64,000 nt of DNA, taken from positions 192,001-256,000 of the forward strand of contig CAVSGO010000005.1 of NCBI GenBank assembly GCA_963727525.1, given 5' to 3'. Below are positions 58,741 through 64,000 of the stretch, piece after piece. Position 1 is the stretch's first letter. Each line of letters starts with the position of its first letter. The stretch comes from an uncultured bacterium. Its GTDB lineage: Bacteria; Krumholzibacteriota; Krumholzibacteriia; LZORAL124-64-63. Made by a program: the position numbers and the translations under genes. The notes beneath the pieces are model-generated. The model saw nothing but the letters and a program-made list of their open reading frames with translations, had not been told where the DNA came from and did not search any database.

Positions 58741-60005
58741 ACCTGTACGACCTGGTCGTCTCGTTCGAGCAGACGTGGGTGTACGGCGCGCTACTCGTGT
58801 ACTTCGCCTGGTATCCCATGGCCACCAGCGCCATGTGGATCTACACGGCGATCATCTACTTCCGCCGGCGCGAGCACCGGGACGAGGACTCCGCGGCTTC
58901 ATTCTACCGTCTCGATCGCACACCGCGCGTGAGCTTCCTCATTCCCGCCTTCAACGAGGAAGACAACATCGCTGAGACCGTGGCGGGTGTGCTCGCCGTC
59001 GACTACCCCGATTTCGAGGTCGTCGTCATCGACGATTGCTCCACCGACGGCACCCTGGCTCGCCTGCAACCCCTCGCCGACGCCGGCCGCATCCGCCTGA
59101 TCCGCAAGCGCGTGAACGAGGGCAAGGCCATGGCGCTGAACGACGCCTTGCCGCTGTGCACCGGCGAATTGCTCATGGTGATGGATGCCGACGCGATTCC
59201 CGATCCGGGCATCCTCAAGGCCATGGTCCCCCACTTCCGCTCGCCCCGCGTGGGTGCGGTGACGGGCAATCCGCGGGTGGTGAATCGCGACAGTTTCCTC
59301 GCCAAGCTGCAGGCCATCGAGTTCGCCAGCATCATCTCACTGATGCGGCGCGCGCAGCGCGTATGGGGCCGCATCATGACCATGTCCGGCGTGGTGGGGA
59401 TCTTCCGCCGCGAGGCATTGCAGGATGTCGGCTATTACAGCCCGGAGATGGCCACGGAGGACATCGACATCACCTGGCGCCTGCAGATCCGCCACTGGGA
59501 CGTGCGCTACGAATCGCAGGCGGTGATGTGGATGCGCGTGCCGCAGTCGTTGAAGGGGCTGTGGCGGCAGCGGCGCCGCTGGGCGCTCGGGCTGAGCCAG
59601 GTGATGCATCGTCACTGGCGCACCGTGCTACACTGGGAGCACCGCCGGTTCTGGCCCGTGATCGTGGAAGCCAGCCTCTCGGTGGCCTGGGCCTACACTT
59701 ACGTCTTCCTGAGCCTCGTCTGGATCATCAGTTACGCGCTTGGGTATCCGCCGGTGGGCGCGAGCCCCATCCCCAATTTCTGGGGCATGCTCATCGCCAC
59801 GGTGTGCGTGTTGCAGCTCATCACAGGGGTGATGCTCGACCGCAACTACGACCGCACCCTGCCGCGATACTTCGTGCACGCGGTGTTCTACCCGCTCATC
59901 TACTGGATCCTGATGGCCGTGATCACGGTCGTGACACATCCACGCGGCGCCAACGTGAACCGACAGAAGCGGCGCTACACGCTCTGGAAGCCGGTGAGGG
60001 AATGA
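58737..60005 (+). CDS. pgaC: poly-beta-1,6-N-acetylglucosamine synthase (GT2)
   Basis: IPAFNEE, DDCSTD, GKA.ALN, MDAD, VGAVTGNPR..NR, TEDID, QRRRW, YP.IYW. Confidence 0.9.
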   Translation: MNLYDLVVSFEQTWVYGALLVYFAWYPMATSAMWIYTAIIYFRRREHRDEDSAASFYRLDRTPRVSFLIPAFNEEDNIAETVAGVLAVDYPDFEVVVIDDCSTDGTLARLQPLADAGRIRLIRKRVNEGKAMALNDALPLCTGELLMVMDADAIPDPGILKAMVPHFRSPRVGAVTGNPRVVNRDSFLAKLQAIEFASIISLMRRAQRVWGRIMTMSGVVGIFRREALQDVGYYSPEMATEDIDITWRLQIRHWDVRYESQAVMWMRVPQSLKGLWRQRRRWALGLSQVMHRHWRTVLHWEHRRFWPVIVEASLSVAWAYTYVFLSLVWIISYALGYPPVGASPIPNFWGMLIATVCVLQLITGVMLDRNYDRTLPRYFVHAVFYPLIYWILMAVITVVTHPRGANVNRQKRRYTLWKPVRE

Positions 60006-61480
60006 CCGTGCGCCTCCGCCTCGTCATGGCCTGGCTTGCCCTGGCCGCGCCCAGTCTGGCCGAGATGGCCGCGGCGCAGACCGCGTCGGTCCCGGACACC
60101 GCGATGTTCGGGGTGCACGTCATCAATACGCCCGCCGCCTGGCGCGAGATCGACGCCGCCCGCGAGGCGGCGGGACACGACGCACACGCAGCATCCGCGG
60201 CTGCCTTCATCCGGGGCCTGAATCACGATGCACGCCTCGTCGGCGAGGTCTGCGACGAGCTGGCCTTCCAGAAGCTGTGGCTCGAGCAGCACGACCGCGC
60301 CATCTTCTACTTCCGTCGCTACCTGGCACGGCATCCGGGCGAGGTGAATCGGGACGCGCGCAAAGGGCTCGCGCTCGCCTATAGCTGGAGCGGCCGCCAG
60401 GGCCTGGCCATCGACATGTATCGCCGTCTCGTCGAGGAGGATCCCGGCGATCTCGACGCGCGCCTCGGGTTCGGACGCTCGCTCATCTGGGGCAATCACC
60501 TGCACGAGGGGTTCCACGTGCTGCGAGGCCTCGAGATCGAGCATCCCGACGACGACCATGGCGCCGGCGATTTCTTGCTGACGACCCTCGACTCCTACGA
60601 ACCGCACGTCGACATCCGCTGGGATGGCATCCGGGACAGCGACGACCTCACGATCCACCGTTACACGGTCCGGGGGCGCGCCAACGTCGGCGAGGCCCTG
60701 CCCGAAGTGGGCGCGGGGGTGGCCTTCATCGCACAGTCGGAAGAACCCGACGTCACCGCGCCCCGATTCCAGGCTGGTCTCGTCGCTCCGCTCGCGCACA
60801 CGGTCACGCTGCACGCCTACGGCTGGGTCGATCACCTGACGAGCGACGGCGCCCTGCCGACGACCGGTGAGTCGCTCGACTGGACGCGCCTCGGCGGCGA
60901 CGGCTGGCTCACGTGGCAGCCGCTTGCCCGCCTGCGCCTCGATCTGGGCGCGAGCAGCCAGGTCGTGGAGACCTACGTCGCCTTCGGCGAGCACCTCCAC
61001 TACGAGCCGCTGAGCCTGTCGGCCGACTGGCGTTTCGCGCGCCAATGGACGCTGTCCGGCGCCGGCCAGTATGCGAGCTACAGCGACGACAACACCCGTC
61101 GTCGCGGCTCGCTGCAGCTCTGGTGGAAGCATACCGGCGCCTGGGACCTCGCCGTGGGGCCAGGCATCTATGTCATGGACTACACTCACCCCTATCCGGG
61201 CGGTTACTGGGCGCCCGAAGGGGTGCGCAACGCCACGATGGCGGCGAAGATCGCCCACCACTGGGCACGTCTCGCCATTGCCGTGGACGGAAGCTACGGC
61301 GTGGAGAAGGAAACAGATGCCGACGCCATCGCGGTGGGCGGCATCCACGGCCACGTGGGCTGGCGCTTCGTCCCCGGCTGGTTGCTCGGTCTCGACGCCG
61401 CGCACTCCCGCAGCCGCTTCACCAGCGACAGCGGCTATCACCGCACCACGGGCACGGTCGCCATCCGGGCGCTCTTCTGA
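60002..61480 (+). CDS. TPR + beta-barrel outer-membrane export protein (PgaA-like)
   Basis: Signal peptide, TPR-like 'ARKGLALAYSWSG...A...YRRL', barrel-like C-half with 'GYWAP', C-terminal Phe. Confidence 0.7.
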   Translation: MTVRLRLVMAWLALAAPSLAEMAAAQTASVPDTAMFGVHVINTPAAWREIDAAREAAGHDAHAASAAAFIRGLNHDARLVGEVCDELAFQKLWLEQHDRAIFYFRRYLARHPGEVNRDARKGLALAYSWSGRQGLAIDMYRRLVEEDPGDLDARLGFGRSLIWGNHLHEGFHVLRGLEIEHPDDDHGAGDFLLTTLDSYEPHVDIRWDGIRDSDDLTIHRYTVRGRANVGEALPEVGAGVAFIAQSEEPDVTAPRFQAGLVAPLAHTVTLHAYGWVDHLTSDGALPTTGESLDWTRLGGDGWLTWQPLARLRLDLGASSQVVETYVAFGEHLHYEPLSLSADWRFARQWTLSGAGQYASYSDDNTRRRGSLQLWWKHTGAWDLAVGPGIYVMDYTHPYPGGYWAPEGVRNATMAAKIAHHWARLAIAVDGSYGVEKETDADAIAVGGIHGHVGWRFVPGWLLGLDAAHSRSRFTSDSGYHRTTGTVAIRALF

Positions 61481-61481
61481 C

Positions 61482-62525
61482 ATGGGCACTTCGCGTCGAC
61501 GCCGCTTCGCGATCGCGATCACCATGGTGGTCGCCATCGCTTCGCTCGGCCTCGTACTGCGCAGCCGTACCCTCCACCAGCCCGCCGAGCACAGCGCGAG
61601 CTACCACCTCGACCCCACCGACCTGGCCACCTCGGCGAGCGCCGACATCGGGCCGGGCGTGCGTATCCTCTGCTACCACTACTTCCGCCGCGATTTCGAT
61701 CCGATCTACCTCGTGCGCGTGTTCGCGGCCGTGGTGCTCGGCATGCCGGCGCTCGGCCCCCAGGAGTTCTGGACAATGCCGATCAGCCAGTTCGAGCGGC
61801 ACCTGCGCTATTTCCGCGACGAGCACATCCCTGTACTCACGCTGGGCGATATCGCCGCGTACCAGGCGCGCGGCGAAGCGCTGCCCGACCCGGCAGTGGT
61901 CATCACGATCGACGATGCCGACCGCAGCGTGTACCGACTCGCCTGGCCCCTCCTGAAGCGCTACGGCATGCGGGCGCATCTCTTCGTGCCCACCAGCGAG
62001 GTGGGCCTGCACTGGAGCGGCATCGATGTCTGCACGTGGGCGGAGCTGCGCGAGATGGGCGACTCCGGCGTCCTCATCGTCGGCTCGCACACGCACGATC
62101 TGCACTACAAGGTCGCGACGGACGCCGGGCGCCAGCCGGTATTCTGGAATCCGCAGACGATCAGCACGGCGCAGCGCACGGAGGAGCTGGCCGAACTGCG
62201 TGCGATCGGCACCGCGCCGGACCATTCCGATGCCAACGCCGCAGCCCCGCCGTCCGATCCCATCGCGGCCGATCTGCTTCTGAGCCGGCGTCTCGTGGAA
62301 CGCCACATCGGCAAGAGCTGCCTCTGGCTCGCCTGGCCCTACGGCTTCGGGAGCGGACGCCTCGACAGCCTCGCCGCACGCGTCGGCTTCCACGGCACCC
62401 TGAGTCTGCGTCCGCGCTCGGTCGAGGACGATTCCCCGCCCTGGCATCTGGGCCGGTTCACGCTGACGGCCAAGACCACCCCCCAGGAAGTAGCCGCGTT
62501 CTTCGTCGATTCTGCGCCGTTCTAG
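61482..62525 (+). CDS. polysaccharide deacetylase (CE4, PgaB/IcaB-like)
   Basis: ILCYH, ITIDDA, TWAELREM, GSHTHDLH, AWPYG; N-terminal TM anchor. Confidence 0.88.
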   Translation: MGTSRRRRFAIAITMVVAIASLGLVLRSRTLHQPAEHSASYHLDPTDLATSASADIGPGVRILCYHYFRRDFDPIYLVRVFAAVVLGMPALGPQEFWTMPISQFERHLRYFRDEHIPVLTLGDIAAYQARGEALPDPAVVITIDDADRSVYRLAWPLLKRYGMRAHLFVPTSEVGLHWSGIDVCTWAELREMGDSGVLIVGSHTHDLHYKVATDAGRQPVFWNPQTISTAQRTEELAELRAIGTAPDHSDANAAAPPSDPIAADLLLSRRLVERHIGKSCLWLAWPYGFGSGRLDSLAARVGFHGTLSLRPRSVEDDSPPWHLGRFTLTAKTTPQEVAAFFVDSAPF

Positions 62526-62528
62526 TGA

Positions 62529-62558
62529 GAGGCTCCCGGACGATCGACCGGGAGCCTC
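62529..62558. terminator. hairpin between convergent genes
   Basis: GAGGCTCCCGG-acgatcga-CCGGGAGCCTC perfect stem. Confidence 0.6.
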
Positions 62559-62581
62559 ACGCCCCGATGACACACGGTCGT

Positions 62582-63148
62582 CTACTGGAAGAGCGCCTTC
62601 ACGTCGCTCCAGCTCTGGCTGGTCGCTCCCACCGACTGGTCGTTCAGACGCGCCACGACGGGCGTTCCGAACGAGTAGCTGCAAGGTTGCAGATCGCCAC
62701 CGCCGAAGTCCACCACCGGGAACCCATCCGGGAGACTCGAGGGATCCGAGGGGCCAAAGGTGATCTCCTCGTAGCTCGTGCTCTCGGTGTAGAAGATCGC
62801 GTTCGAGAGGACAGTCCCGGTGGGACTCACTGGAACCGGCGTGAGGAAGTGTACGATCTGGTTGGTGTTCGTGCCGGTATTCTCGCCCCAGCCCATCGAC
62901 GTGACATACACCTGGAAATCCGCCGCCGTGCAGGCGATGGAGACCTCGTAACCGGCCACCTCACTTCCCATCGCGTTCGTCAGGACGACGTACCCGATCC
63001 GGGCGTAGCCGGGAACAATGGTAGTCGCCGCGGTCTCGTAGTTGAACTCGGTGTCGCTGAAGTAGAATCCCATGACGTTGTCGTCGGCCAGCGCCGCACC
63101 CGCCACGAACGTGAACACCACCGCAAGGCTCATGAACGTGTTGCGCAT
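62582..63148 (-). CDS. secreted beta-sandwich protein with C-terminal SWSDVKALFQ tag
   Basis: Signal peptide ..AGAALA; GAGGAGG RBS; domain similar to 55754..56569. Confidence 0.8.
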   Translation of the reverse strand: MRNTFMSLAVVFTFVAGAALADDNVMGFYFSDTEFNYETAATTIVPGYARIGYVVLTNAMGSEVAGYEVSIACTAADFQVYVTSMGWGENTGTNTNQIVHFLTPVPVSPTGTVLSNAIFYTESTSYEEITFGPSDPSSLPDGFPVVDFGGGDLQPCSYSFGTPVVARLNDQSVGATSQSWSDVKALFQ

Positions 63149-63245
63149 GATCATCCTCCTCGTTGTGGACTCATCTGCCCATCGTGAATCCAGCGTGATC
63201 TCCATGTGTGATAGGCGGAACGTATTGTCGGAGGAGACACGGCGA

Positions 63246-64000
63246 TTACGAGCGAGAACCGACGAGCGTGCGGTATTGCCTCGCCACGCGCAGCAGCAAG
63301 GTGCCGACCACGGAGCGGCGCTGGAACTGGCGCCGCATCTCCGGCACGGCGCCGAACCGGCGCTTGAAATCCCAGAGGCTCCGCCGCCCCACGCTGCCCC
63401 CGAAGTCGACGGCCGTGAGCCCGCGCGCGCAGGCTGCCATGATGTCGAGCCAGTAGAGGAGCACCGCCGGAAACACGCCGGACTCCGTCCCTCCGCGCAC
63501 GCCGCCTTGCCAGGAGATCAGGCGTCCGCGCGACACGAAGCCGAAGTGACCGCCCAGCAGCTCGCCATCGCGGCTCACGGTGCCGAAGACCACGTCATCG
63601 GGGGCTTCTCGCATGAGATCCTGCATGAATGCCAGCGGCACGGGCGCCTGCGCGAAGCGTGCCGCGCGCTGGCGGTAAAGCTGGTACCACGGGGCCAGGC
63701 GGGCCGGATCGCGCTCTTCCCGGATAGTGCAGCCCAGCCGGAGCGAGCGATCGCGCTCGCGCCGCCGGATCCCGGCGAGATTACGCTCGGTCGCGTCCAA
63801 TCCGCCCGCGCAGGGGACGATCGCCGTACGCGTCTCGATCGCCAGCCAGGGCGGCCCCGGCGTGACCAGGGCATGACGCGCGGCGGCGTCGGCCGAGAGC
63901 GTGAACGCGGCCAGCATGCGGCAGCCGCCAACGTGATCTCCTAGCCCGCTCACGAGCGACCGGAACACGGCCGCCTGAACCTCCGGCGGAAGATCCGCCG
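63246..64000 (-). CDS. GNAT/FemAB-like acyltransferase (5' partial)
   Basis: 'LLYW.DI..AC.RGL..VDFGGS....LWDFKRRFGA' pattern; runs off window end. Confidence 0.75.
   Translation of the reverse strand, partial: ADLPPEVQAAVFRSLVSGLGDHVGGCRMLAAFTLSADAAARHALVTPGPPWLAIETRTAIVPCAGGLDATERNLAGIRRRERDRSLRLGCTIREERDPARLAPWYQLYRQRAARFAQAPVPLAFMQDLMREAPDDVVFGTVSRDGELLGGHFGFVSRGRLISWQGGVRGGTESGVFPAVLLYWLDIMAACARGLTAVDFGGSVGRRSLWDFKRRFGAVPEMRRQFQRRSVVGTLLLRVARQYRTLVGSRS

Overview
High-GC bacterial chromosomal window with no rRNA, tRNA, CRISPR array, integrase or transposase that I could support. Four secreted proteins carry FlgD-Ig/T9SS-like 'PNPFNP...K-[ML]-x-L-VK' C-termini and three carry short 'W/F-G/S-x-V/L-K-x-L/M-Y/F' C-termini. 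This suggests an FCB-group candidate lineage such as Latescibacterota/Krumholzibacteriota/Eisenbacteria (inference). Housekeeping and metabolic content: sdhCAB, a TetR + ABC transporter + outer-membrane protein operon, maeB, a B12 acyl-CoA mutase cluster with isobutyryl-CoA-mutase signature residues, sthA, amtB + porin facing a NarL-type two-component system, and a rearranged PNAG (pga/ica-like) operon. Most notable: (1) a five-gene operon kamA - ATP-grasp - ATP-grasp - GNAT/deacetylase fusion - GNAT that looks like an uncharacterised beta-lysine peptide pathway; (2) two apparently interchangeable C-terminal sorting tags found on the same passenger domain; (3) a conserved 5' leader shared by two RRM-protein paralogues; (4) candidate operators for TetR, LacI, DtxR/MntR and NarL-type regulators plus IHF-like sites; (5) several decayed genes. 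All calls come from motif reading only; no database searches were run.
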